From an uncultured Pelagibacteraceae bacterium (GTDB lineage Bacteria; Pseudomonadota; Alphaproteobacteria; Pelagibacterales; Pelagibacteraceae): 64,000 nt of DNA. Both the position numbers and the translations under genes were made by a program. Positions 39,178 through 47,612 of the stretch are shown here, in pieces (within the stretch, counting starts at the first letter, position 1; every line of letters begins with the position of its first letter). The notes below the pieces were generated by a model, which saw only the letters and a program-made list of their open reading frames with translations, was not told where the DNA came from and made no database searches. Location: positions 1,014 to 65,013 of the forward strand of contig CACIML010000001.1 of NCBI GenBank assembly GCA_902587735.1, in the 5' to 3' direction.

Positions 39178-40212
39178 ATGAGAATTGAAGAAGACCTAAA
39201 AATTGATTATTCGGATGTACTTTTTAGACCCAAGAGAAGCACTTTATCAAGTCGTAAAGATGTAGATTTAAAAAGAACTTACAAATTTAAATATAGCAAT
39301 AGCGAATGGTCAGGAATTCCAATCATGGCTGCAAATATGGATGGTGTAGGTGAATTAGGTGTTGCAGAAAAAATGTCTGAGTTTGACATGATTACCTGCC
39401 TAACTAAACAGCATGATATTAAAAAATTAAATCAATACAAAAAAATTAAAACAATTTACAAAAATATTGCTTTAAGTGTTGGTATTAAAAAAGAAGACTT
39501 CAATATGCTTGATAAATTATTGAAAGAATTTAATTTTATCAATTTTATTTGTATAGATGTTGCAAATGGATATTCAGAACGCTTCAGTAAGTTTATAAAA
39601 TCAGTTAGAGAAAAATATCCAACAAAAACAATAATAGCTGGAAATGTTGTTACCGCAGATATGACCCAAGAACTAATATTAAGCGGTGCCGATATAGTAA
39701 AAGTTGGTATCGGACCTGGAAGCGTTTGTACAACAAGAATTCAAACTGGTGTTGGCTATCCACAGTTAAGTGCTGTTATAGAATGTGCTGATGCAGCACA
39801 CGGTTTAGGGGCACATATTATTGCCGATGGTGGTTGTACATGTCCAGGAGATGTTGCAAAAGGTTTTGGTGCTGGTGCAGATTTTGTAATGCTTGGAGGA
39901 ATGCTTGCAGGTCATGATGAAGGTAAAGGTAAAGTTGTAAAAAGTAATGGAAGTAAATATATAGAATTTTATGGATCAAGTTCTGTCACAGCTAACAAAA
40001 AACATTATGGTGGTTTGTCTAATTACAGAAGTAGCGAAGGTAGAATTGTCAGAGTTAAGTACAGGGGAAAAATAAAAAATACTATTTCAAATATTCTTGG
40101 GGGAATCAGAAGTAGTTGTACATATGTTGGTGCACCTTCACTTAAACAATTAAGTAAATGTACTACATTTGTGAGAGTATCTAACCAATTTAACGATACT
40201 TTTGTAAAATAA
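39178..40212 (+). CDS. guaC: GMP reductase
   Basis: MRIEEDLK, RPKRSTLSSR, IDVANGYS, KVGIGPGSVCTTR, YRSSEG. Confidence 0.95.
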   Translation: MRIEEDLKIDYSDVLFRPKRSTLSSRKDVDLKRTYKFKYSNSEWSGIPIMAANMDGVGELGVAEKMSEFDMITCLTKQHDIKKLNQYKKIKTIYKNIALSVGIKKEDFNMLDKLLKEFNFINFICIDVANGYSERFSKFIKSVREKYPTKTIIAGNVVTADMTQELILSGADIVKVGIGPGSVCTTRIQTGVGYPQLSAVIECADAAHGLGAHIIADGGCTCPGDVAKGFGAGADFVMLGGMLAGHDEGKGKVVKSNGSKYIEFYGSSSVTANKKHYGGLSNYRSSEGRIVRVKYRGKIKNTISNILGGIRSSCTYVGAPSLKQLSKCTTFVRVSNQFNDTFVK

Positions 40213-40294
40213 TTAAAATCCTAACGCTGTGTGTCATATGTGAGTCAAGAATTTTCCAATTTTAGTATGCCAAATATTCTGATAACCTTTGGAT

Positions 40295-40567
40295 ATGAAA
40301 AAACTTTTAGGGATCTTGGTTCTGGGTTTGTTGTTTAGTGGGAATGTTTATGCAGAATGGTTAGTTGTTGTTAAAAACAAAATAGATGAAAATATTTTTA
40401 TAAAAAGAACCAAAATAACTGAAGATGAAGCTGTTGAAGCAGCTTTAAAAGGTTGTAGGATTTTATATCTACATAGAGTAGAGGGAAGTTCGATGAAACC
40501 TGCTAAAAAAAAAAAGATGCTAGAGCTGATGGAAGCTTGCTATGTTCATTCAGTTATAGAGCAATGA
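40295..40567 (+). CDS. Small secreted protein with MKKLLG leader
   Basis: Signal peptide MKKLLGILVLGLLFSGNVYA; two Cys. Confidence 0.65.
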   Translation: MKKLLGILVLGLLFSGNVYAEWLVVVKNKIDENIFIKRTKITEDEAVEAALKGCRILYLHRVEGSSMKPAKKKKMLELMEACYVHSVIEQ

Positions 40568-41052
40568 ACCAAAAAGCCTTCACCCTAATAGAACTCCTAG
40601 TCGTTGTTGCTATCATCGGCATTCTAGCTGCTGTAGGTGTGGTTGCTTATAATGGGTATACGTCTAGTGCCAAGAAAAAAGTTGCAACATCAAACCATTA
40701 TACTGTCGTAAAATACATTACCACAGAAATAAACAGATGCGACATTGGTGAATCTGAAGCAATGAATGGTAATCTTGTATGTTCTGGTATGACGACAGAC
40801 TCTATTGCGAAAGCAGCTGTTAAAACTTTATCTGATTTTAAAAATCCTTATGGCAAGGGTAAAGCAGATATAAATGAGAACGCTGTCACAAATAATAATG
40901 AAGATGTCAAAGATACATGGGATATGGGTTATGTTCGTCTAGAACCAACTACTGGTAGGATTTATATCCATACCTGTCCTTATTTTGACACTAGTCAATA
41001 TGGACAATGTCCGAACAATAATATTTTGCAAAGTATTATACTTGTAGATTAA
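40564..41052 (+). CDS. Type IV pilin, array copy 2
   Basis: MNQKA|FTLIELL...AYNGYT. Confidence 0.9.
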   Translation: MNQKAFTLIELLVVVAIIGILAAVGVVAYNGYTSSAKKKVATSNHYTVVKYITTEINRCDIGESEAMNGNLVCSGMTTDSIAKAAVKTLSDFKNPYGKGKADINENAVTNNNEDVKDTWDMGYVRLEPTTGRIYIHTCPYFDTSQYGQCPNNNILQSIILVD

Positions 41053-41618
41053 TGAACCAAAAAGCCTTCACCCTAATAGAACTCCTAGTCGTAGTAGCCA
41101 TCATAGGTATTTTGGCTGCCGTAGGGGTAGTTGCTTATAGTGGGTATACGAGTGCAGCTAAAGAGAGAATAGTAAAAAATAATTTTTCATTTGCTAAAAA
41201 ATTCATGCAACAACAAATAATGCAATGTGAAATTAATGGTAGTTTTTCTTGGTTAGATTACGATACCAGCAATAAAAAGCCATTAGGTCCAAAAATAATA
41301 AATTGTAGAAGTAGCGGATTAGATTATATGACATGGCAAAAGCATTTTATGTCTTCAGGCTATATGAACCCTTATGGCGAACAAACAAAAACTTTTACAG
41401 GAGGCAATGTGCAGAATTCTTGGATGGGAACGGGAAAATTTGGCATTATTGGAGTTTCAACTTTTTCCAATATGCAGACTTTAACACCAGTAGGAGCAGT
41501 TGTTCTTGGAGTAAAAGGTCAGTGGAATAATAAAAATTGCGAGGTAGAACTCCATTTTTTAGCGGCGATTAATGACAAGGAAATCTTGGGTCCAGAAAAG
41601 ATTTGTTGGGATAGATGA
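41052..41618 (+). CDS. Type IV pilin, array copy 3
   Basis: MNQKA|FTLIELL...AYSGYT. Confidence 0.9.
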   Translation: MNQKAFTLIELLVVVAIIGILAAVGVVAYSGYTSAAKERIVKNNFSFAKKFMQQQIMQCEINGSFSWLDYDTSNKKPLGPKIINCRSSGLDYMTWQKHFMSSGYMNPYGEQTKTFTGGNVQNSWMGTGKFGIIGVSTFSNMQTLTPVGAVVLGVKGQWNNKNCEVELHFLAAINDKEILGPEKICWDR

Positions 41619-41687
41619 AGATTGTTGTAACTTATTCAAGATTTCTAAATTATTGATCACACATTGGGCACAGTGGTAAAATGTTTT

Positions 41688-42245
41688 ATGAAACAAAAAG
41701 GCTTCACCCTAATAGAACTCTTAGTTGTCGTAGCCATCATCGGTATTCTAGCTGCAGTAGGGGTTGTTGCTTATAGTGGGTATACAAGTGCTGCCAAAAT
41801 TAGAGTCATTAAATCCCAACATGCTCAGGTTGTCAAATTTATGAATGCCGAATTAGCTAAATGTGAAATTACAGATAAAGCAATGAGTGGCTATTTAAAT
41901 TGTTCAGATAAAAAAAATGGTAGTAAAGTTATTCAAGCTACGACAATGGCGATGAAAGATTTGAAAAACCCTTTTAAAAACTCTTGTCATACTGTTAGAC
42001 CTAACAATCATAGTGGTCAAAATACTTCAGGATCTCAATCAGTAAATTGTTATCAAAGTAGAAATTATATTCGTAATGAATTAGAAGATGGAGGTTTTGT
42101 AAGTTTAAGAACTCAAAGAGAAACCATAGGAAAATATAAATATTGGACCATACATGTAAATACTTGTTATTCTCAAAAAGATTGTGGCCCAAATAAAATT
42201 AGTGATGAAGTTAGGATTACAGAGAATACTTTGTTAAATCCTTAA
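41688..42245 (+). CDS. Type IV pilin, array copy 4
   Basis: MKQKG|FTLIELL...AYSGYT. Confidence 0.9.
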   Translation: MKQKGFTLIELLVVVAIIGILAAVGVVAYSGYTSAAKIRVIKSQHAQVVKFMNAELAKCEITDKAMSGYLNCSDKKNGSKVIQATTMAMKDLKNPFKNSCHTVRPNNHSGQNTSGSQSVNCYQSRNYIRNELEDGGFVSLRTQRETIGKYKYWTIHVNTCYSQKDCGPNKISDEVRITENTLLNP

Positions 42246-42282
42246 TATAACAACCTAAGATACAATGTTAATATAATTTGGT

Positions 42283-42786
42283 ATGAAAAAAAATTTTAAC
42301 ACAAAAAAAGGATTCACATTAATAGAGCTACTAGTCGTTGTTGCAATCATCGGTATTTTAGCTGCAGTAGGGGTTGTTGCTTATAATGGGTATACGAGTT
42401 CTGCTAAAGTATCAACGCATAAATCAAATCATACTTTAGTTGTGAAATATATTTCTGCAGAGATTATGAAATGTGTCATAGGTGAAGAAAAGGCAATGGA
42501 TGGAAACCTTAAATGTTCAGAAAGATTAGATGTCCATGAAGGAAAACCAGGATTAAAAACTGTTAATGCAGCAATTACAGCTCTTTCAGATATGAAGAAT
42601 CCAGATGCAACACCAGGATATAAAAATAATGCGCCAAGAAATAGTAAGGATGCAACAAGTAATTATGATCTAGGTTTTGTAAATATTGATGTATCATCAA
42701 ACACTATTAGCGTTGTAACTTGTTATCAATTAGACTGTAAATCAGGTACTGATAATAAACTTATCAGTAATATTAATTTAGAATAG
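42283..42786 (+). CDS. Type IV pilin, array copy 5
   Basis: KKG|FTLIELL...AYNGYT. Confidence 0.9.
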   Translation: MKKNFNTKKGFTLIELLVVVAIIGILAAVGVVAYNGYTSSAKVSTHKSNHTLVVKYISAEIMKCVIGEEKAMDGNLKCSERLDVHEGKPGLKTVNAAITALSDMKNPDATPGYKNNAPRNSKDATSNYDLGFVNIDVSSNTISVVTCYQLDCKSGTDNKLISNINLE

Positions 42787-42810
42787 ACCTCGGGCTTATG
42801 AGTCCCGTGC
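42786..42810 (-). other. tRNA(CAT) anticodon-arm fragment (att-like)
   Basis: Minus strand GCACGGGACTCATAAGCCCGAGGTC; shares TCGGGCTTATGAGT with 39005-39018. Confidence 0.7.
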
Positions 42811-43320
42811 CTAATCTAAATAAACCTTATTTTCTAGTCTGTTTTTACTATCACTGCAGGGTAATTTAAAACAAGTACAAAAAGTTACATGGTCCATACT
42901 ATCATGGCCTTTTATCCAAACATACCCTAGGTACACATCACTATAAGACCCTGAACAAACACCAGGTTGAGATGCGGTTTGGCTGTGCAAATGTGTCTTA
43001 AAAGGATTTATAAATTGATTGTTGTCCCAATGAGTGCGTAAATGAAATGCAAAAAAATCCCATTTGTTAGGAGAATAACAAGCTATGTTGTATACAGTCT
43101 TATCGTTCCCTTTTTTCATTAAGTTTACACTTCCATTCAAATTACATTCTTGATTTATTAAGCTAACTTTTTTTACAAATGCAGCATGATTTGATTTAAC
43201 AACATTAGTTTTAGCACTAGCCGTATACCCATTATAAGCAACCACTCCTACTGCAGCTAGAATGCCGATGATAGCAACAACGACTAGGAGTTCTATTAGA
43301 GTGAAGGCTTTACGGTTCAT
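42811..43320 (-). CDS. Type IV pilin, array copy 6
   Basis: MNRKA|FTLIELL...AYNGYT. Confidence 0.9.
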   Translation of the reverse strand: MNRKAFTLIELLVVVAIIGILAAVGVVAYNGYTASAKTNVVKSNHAAFVKKVSLINQECNLNGSVNLMKKGNDKTVYNIACYSPNKWDFFAFHLRTHWDNNQFINPFKTHLHSQTASQPGVCSGSYSDVYLGYVWIKGHDSMDHVTFCTCFKLPCSDSKNRLENKVYLD

Positions 43321-43838
43321 CTAACGGTAATTGTAGTTTCGAGTCTATTTGAATCTTGTGAACAAGGTGTTTTAAAACATGAGCAAAATTCTATATTATT
43401 TGTTCCCGATGGGTAAACAGCATAAACTTTACCCACTCTATAATCTGTTTTACATTCTGGTGCATAACCGGAACTTGTTTTGCCATTTCTCTGCCAAACA
43501 CCTTCGTTATTATATGGATCTTTAACTACAGCGCCTGAATTATATAAATCATTACTTACACTTGCTTGGAAAAAATTCATCAAACTTATATCATAACAAG
43601 GAACATCGTAGATAGTTTGATTGCCCCATACTTTTTTTAACTTAACAGTATTTGATATGTTGCACATAGCTGCTACCTCTGCTGATTTTTTTGTTATTAT
43701 TTTAAAATGGGTCTTTGCAACACTAACTTTAGCGCTAGCCGTATACCCATTATAAGCAACCACACCTACAGCAGCCAAAATACCGATGATGGCTACTACG
43801 ACTAGGAGTTCTATTAGGGTGAAGGCTTTTTGGTTCAT
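43317..43838 (-). CDS. Type IV pilin, array copy 7
   Basis: MNQKA|FTLIELL...AYNGYT. Confidence 0.9.
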   Translation of the reverse strand: MNQKAFTLIELLVVVAIIGILAAVGVVAYNGYTASAKVSVAKTHFKIITKKSAEVAAMCNISNTVKLKKVWGNQTIYDVPCYDISLMNFFQASVSNDLYNSGAVVKDPYNNEGVWQRNGKTSSGYAPECKTDYRVGKVYAVYPSGTNNIEFCSCFKTPCSQDSNRLETTITVR

Positions 43839-43846
43839 GGTTTACA

Positions 43847-44323
43847 TTAATCAATTAAAAAAGTTTCATATAAAGCTGTGGTTTCTCCATAACACGTGGA
43901 CACTCTTACTAAAGTACTATTGCCAGATTTAATATTGCTAACCATAATACCTCCACTGTTGTACTGAAGATCGCAATGTTGTTTTGGATGCGGACCATTT
44001 AAAGCAACAGAATTTTCTTGCCAAGATTTATATGGATTATTAAATTTTTTATCAAAAGCTTTGACTGCTGCTTTTCCTATTTCATTGGTAGTTTTTCTAT
44101 CAGAACATTTAAGGTTGCCATCCATGACATATTCGTGTCCCAAACTGCATTTTATAAGTTCCGATGTAATATAATTAATAGTTTCTCTATGCTGTTTTTT
44201 TACTACTTGTTTTTTGGCACCACTCGTATACCCACTATAAGCAACTACTCCTACTGCAGCTAGAATACCTATGATGGCTACGACAACTAAGAGTTCTATT
44301 AGGGTGAAACCCCCTTGTTTCAT
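43847..44323 (-). CDS. Type IV pilin, array copy 8
   Basis: MKQGG|FTLIELL...AYSGYT. Confidence 0.9.
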   Translation of the reverse strand: MKQGGFTLIELLVVVAIIGILAAVGVVAYSGYTSGAKKQVVKKQHRETINYITSELIKCSLGHEYVMDGNLKCSDRKTTNEIGKAAVKAFDKKFNNPYKSWQENSVALNGPHPKQHCDLQYNSGGIMVSNIKSGNSTLVRVSTCYGETTALYETFLID

Positions 44324-44788
44324 AGAAACATCTTACCATTTAACCTCATCATATACTAATGTATTTAAATCTATGTAAGTTGAAAATGTACAGTACCCTC
44401 CTGCTTTTTCCCAAATGTATGTTCTTCCTTCTTTACCATAATTACAACAAACTCCAGCCCAAGCTTGGTTGTCTTGATCTTTAGCTTTAGCAGTTGAGTC
44501 TGCATAAGGTGTTTTAATATCTTTAAAGTGATGTTGAAAAGATGGGCAATCAAATGCAGAACTTTTTTTTGTAAAATTTTGAATTGCACCACCATTAACT
44601 TTTTTGTTTATGCTCCCATTTATTTCATACTCTGCAACCATAGTTGCAAATTGTCTCACCATCATTTTGTGATTTTGTTTAGAAACAGTTTTTTTCGCAC
44701 CACTCGTATACCCACTATAAGCAACTACTCCTACTGCAGCTAGAATACCTATGATGGCTACGACAACTAAGAGTTCTATTAGGGTGAA
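44217..44788 (+). repeat. 92-bp identical direct repeat (pilin constant regions)
   Basis: 44217-44308 equals 44697-44788. Confidence 0.9.
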
Positions 44789-44812
44789 GGCTTTAGTTTT
44801 TAAATCAATCAT
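44333..44812 (-). CDS. Type IV pilin, array copy 9
   Basis: MIDLKTKA|FTLIELL...AYSGYT. Confidence 0.9.
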   Translation of the reverse strand: MIDLKTKAFTLIELLVVVAIIGILAAVGVVAYSGYTSGAKKTVSKQNHKMMVRQFATMVAEYEINGSINKKVNGGAIQNFTKKSSAFDCPSFQHHFKDIKTPYADSTAKAKDQDNQAWAGVCCNYGKEGRTYIWEKAGGYCTFSTYIDLNTLVYDEVKW

Positions 44813-45287
44813 CTGAAAGTGTATCTTGATATGTTTTACCATCACACATTGTGGTCAATCTTACATCATAATAAGTTGTATCCTCAAAAACGTAAGTTCC
44901 ATCTCCATTTTTGGAAGGGGTTCCACTATTTCCTGTTATAGGGTATCCGCCCGAAAAATTTGTATTATAAGGATCTTTAAAAAAGTTTGTAAAGTGCCAA
45001 GCAATTGCGAATCCAAATCTATCAAATCTGCTACTACATGAATATTTAAACTCTGCACCTTGAACATTATTAACCATTGCTTTCCTAAGAGTAATTTCAT
45101 CATGTAGTAAACAATAAGCTCGTTTTTCCATAATCATTTTCTTTAAAGTATTATGATTATTAATACATGCAACTTTCTTTGCATTCTTCGTATACCCACT
45201 ATAAGCAACCACTCCTACTGCAGCTAGAATACCTATGATTGCAACGACAACTAAGAGTTCTATTAGGGTGAAACCATTTCGTTTCAT
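44805..45287 (-). CDS. Type IV pilin, array copy 10
   Basis: MKRNG|FTLIELL...AYSGYT. Confidence 0.9.
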   Translation of the reverse strand: MKRNGFTLIELLVVVAIIGILAAVGVVAYSGYTKNAKKVACINNHNTLKKMIMEKRAYCLLHDEITLRKAMVNNVQGAEFKYSCSSRFDRFGFAIAWHFTNFFKDPYNTNFSGGYPITGNSGTPSKNGDGTYVFEDTTYYDVRLTTMCDGKTYQDTLSDD

Positions 45288-45289
45288 AT

Positions 45290-45922
45290 TTATTTAATAA
45301 GTTTTAGTATACTTTTTTTTACTGTTTCTGAAATAATCAATATACCATTCTCATTTGGGTGCAGCCCATCACTTAGATTTAACTCTGGTTTAAGATATAC
45401 TTCATCAAGTAAAAAAGGAATTAATAAAATGTCATATTTTTTTGCTAATTTAGGAAATATTTTATCGAATTTTTTTTTATAACTTAGTCCATTTGAAGGT
45501 GTTGCAAGCATTCCCGCTAAAATTATATTAATTTTTTTATCATGTATAATTTTAATCATTTTGTCTAGATTTTGCTCTGTTTGTTCAGGATCAATTCTCC
45601 TCAACATATCATTTGCTCCTAAACCTAAAATAATTAAATCTACATTTAGTTCAGATAAAATTTTTTCTAATCTAGTTAAACCATCTAATGAAGTATTTCC
45701 TGAAATACTTCCATTAATAACTTCAAAGTTATAACCTTTAGATTTAAGATTTTCTTCTAAAACAACAGATAAATGATGCTCTTTAGATAAACCATATCCT
45801 GACATTAAGCTGTCACCAAATAACAAAATTTTTTCTATAGTAATTTTTTTACTATCATCGCTACAACTAAAAAGTATCAGGCTGAAAAAGCTAAAAAAAA
45901 AAATCTTTAAAATGTTTTTCAT
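45290..45922 (-). CDS. SGNH/GDSL arylesterase (TesA-like), probable lipoprotein
   Basis: FGDSL, ISGNTS, LGAND, DGLHPN; LFSC lipobox-like. Confidence 0.9.
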   Translation of the reverse strand: MKNILKIFFFSFFSLILFSCSDDSKKITIEKILLFGDSLMSGYGLSKEHHLSVVLEENLKSKGYNFEVINGSISGNTSLDGLTRLEKILSELNVDLIILGLGANDMLRRIDPEQTEQNLDKMIKIIHDKKINIILAGMLATPSNGLSYKKKFDKIFPKLAKKYDILLIPFLLDEVYLKPELNLSDGLHPNENGILIISETVKKSILKLIK

Positions 45923-45926
45923 TTTT

Positions 45927-46430
45927 TTATTTTAAACTCACATCGATATCTTTGCTTTCTGTGTCGCCAGCTGCACATCCATCTTTGAAACAAGCTCTAA
46001 TCTGAAGTTTTGTACCATTTACGCTTATACTTACTTGGCCAGGTGTAAAACCTGTTCTTGATCTTATACAAGGCAGTGTTGTGTCATATGGATTTCTTAA
46101 AGATTTTAAAACTCCTTCATCTATACCTGCTGTAACAGATCCTCTCAAAGATCTTACATTAGCCAGTGCTTGCATTGTATTAAACGCACCTGTTGCAGTA
46201 TTGTATTTAGAACAACTTAGTTCGTTATCCATTACACTAGAGTTTCCTGTGCTGCATAGTAAAAGTTCGCTCTCAATATATTTAATAGTTTTTTTATAAC
46301 AAGCTTTAGCTGAACTTGCCTTGGCACCACTCGTATACCCACTATAAGCAACTACTCCTACTGCAGCTAGAATTCCGATGATTGCTACGACAACTAATAA
46401 TTCTATAAGAGTAAAGCCTTTTGTTTTCAT
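45927..46430 (-). CDS. Type IV pilin, array copy 11
   Basis: MKTKG|FTLIELL...AYSGYT. Confidence 0.9.
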   Translation of the reverse strand: MKTKGFTLIELLVVVAIIGILAAVGVVAYSGYTSGAKASSAKACYKKTIKYIESELLLCSTGNSSVMDNELSCSKYNTATGAFNTMQALANVRSLRGSVTAGIDEGVLKSLRNPYDTTLPCIRSRTGFTPGQVSISVNGTKLQIRACFKDGCAAGDTESKDIDVSLK

Positions 46431-46519
46431 AACAATATCATATTATCTTATCACCCTATAATTGTATCAAATTTTTTTATTTATATTTATTTTATCAAAA
46501 TTTTGTTACCATTCTACTT

Positions 46520-47158
46520 GTGGAAAGATGTTTAAAAATATTTCTTATGTTTTTAAGTTTAACACTATGTAGTAGTGTTTTTGCAAAAGATGGATCTGGT
46601 AAAATAAAATTCACAGAAAGAACTTTAAATAATTTTCTGTCCTATTTAGGTGGTGAAGGAGTAACAGATCAAGGTAATTGGTTTAAAAGTGGAGAGCCAA
46701 TGGTATTTGCTGTTAGCTCATCTGGAAAACATTCTTACTATTACTATTGTCCGAAACAATACATTATTCAATATGGAGGTTGTATGCCTGTAGGAACAGT
46801 TATTGGTAAAGCACAGAATGCATGTAAAAAAAATGCAAAAAAAGGAGGCAGCTCTGAAAGATGTTTTATTTTTGCAAAAAAAAGAAAGATTGTTTGGGAC
46901 TCAATCGATTACAAATTTCCTAAAACACTTAGTACTGAATTTGTAAAAAATAAACTAAAAGAACTAGGTTTTTATGGTCAACAAGCTTTAAAAAAAGAAG
47001 AAAAGAAAAAAGAACCTGAGGAAAAAAAGAAGAAAAAACCTAAAAAAAAAACAAATGAAGATATTGTAAAAAAATTAAAAGATTTAAACGAATTGTACGA
47101 ATCTGGTGTTTTAACTAAAGAAGAATTTGAAAAAGCTAAGAATAAACTTTTAGATTAA
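46520..47158 (+). CDS. Secreted Cys-containing protein with C-terminal SHOCT domain
   Basis: Signal peptide; YYYYCP domain; LKDLNELYESGVLTKEEFEKAKNKLL. Confidence 0.75.
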   Translation: MERCLKIFLMFLSLTLCSSVFAKDGSGKIKFTERTLNNFLSYLGGEGVTDQGNWFKSGEPMVFAVSSSGKHSYYYYCPKQYIIQYGGCMPVGTVIGKAQNACKKNAKKGGSSERCFIFAKKRKIVWDSIDYKFPKTLSTEFVKNKLKELGFYGQQALKKEEKKKEPEEKKKKKPKKKTNEDIVKKLKDLNELYESGVLTKEEFEKAKNKLLD

Positions 47159-47174
47159 CAGTATACCGAGTAAT

Positions 47175-47612
47175 TTATTTTTTTGCCAACCTTTGTAGTA
47201 AGTATATTTCTTTTTCAGTTAATTTTTCTTTTTCTTCTTTAATTTTTTTTATCAAGTCTTTTGACGATAAAAAACTTATTATAGATGCTAATATTGTTAA
47301 TATGATAAAATAAATAGAGTTAGGTACAACAATTATTAAAGTAAGACAAACACTTGTCCATCCGATAAAAATTCCTTTAAGTATAGTTCTTTGGCTTTTT
47401 AAATCTTTTATTTGTATAAATAGAAAAAATAAACACGCAAAAATAAACATTGCTGTTCCTAATCCCCACCTTGAAGCAACTAATGCGTCCACACCACCAC
47501 CAAGTTCTTTAAGAATAAAATACGCCAAAGAACCTTTGTAAAAAAAATATATTGCAAGAATTAATGAAATGACTGCAGATAAGATATGTGAGAGTTTGGG
47601 TGAGATAATCAT
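47175..47612 (-). CDS. Four-TM hypothetical membrane protein
   Basis: Hydrophobic helices; coupled to pilD. Confidence 0.65.
   Translation of the reverse strand: MIISPKLSHILSAVISLILAIYFFYKGSLAYFILKELGGGVDALVASRWGLGTAMFIFACLFFLFIQIKDLKSQRTILKGIFIGWTSVCLTLIIVVPNSIYFIILTILASIISFLSSKDLIKKIKEEKEKLTEKEIYLLQRLAKK

Noticed and set aside
42246-42282. dif-like XerCD site
   Set aside because: Only partial ATGTTAA similarity; spacer length and XerC arm do not fit
37555-46430. Integron cassette array
   Set aside because: No intI; genes abut or overlap, leaving no room for attC hairpins; orientations are mixed
37555-46430. Diversity-generating retroelement
   Set aside because: No reverse transcriptase; heads differ wholesale rather than at adenine positions of a template repeat
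37555-46430. Neisseria-type truncated pilS pseudogenes
   Set aside because: All copies keep a start codon, prepilin cleavage site and intact frame
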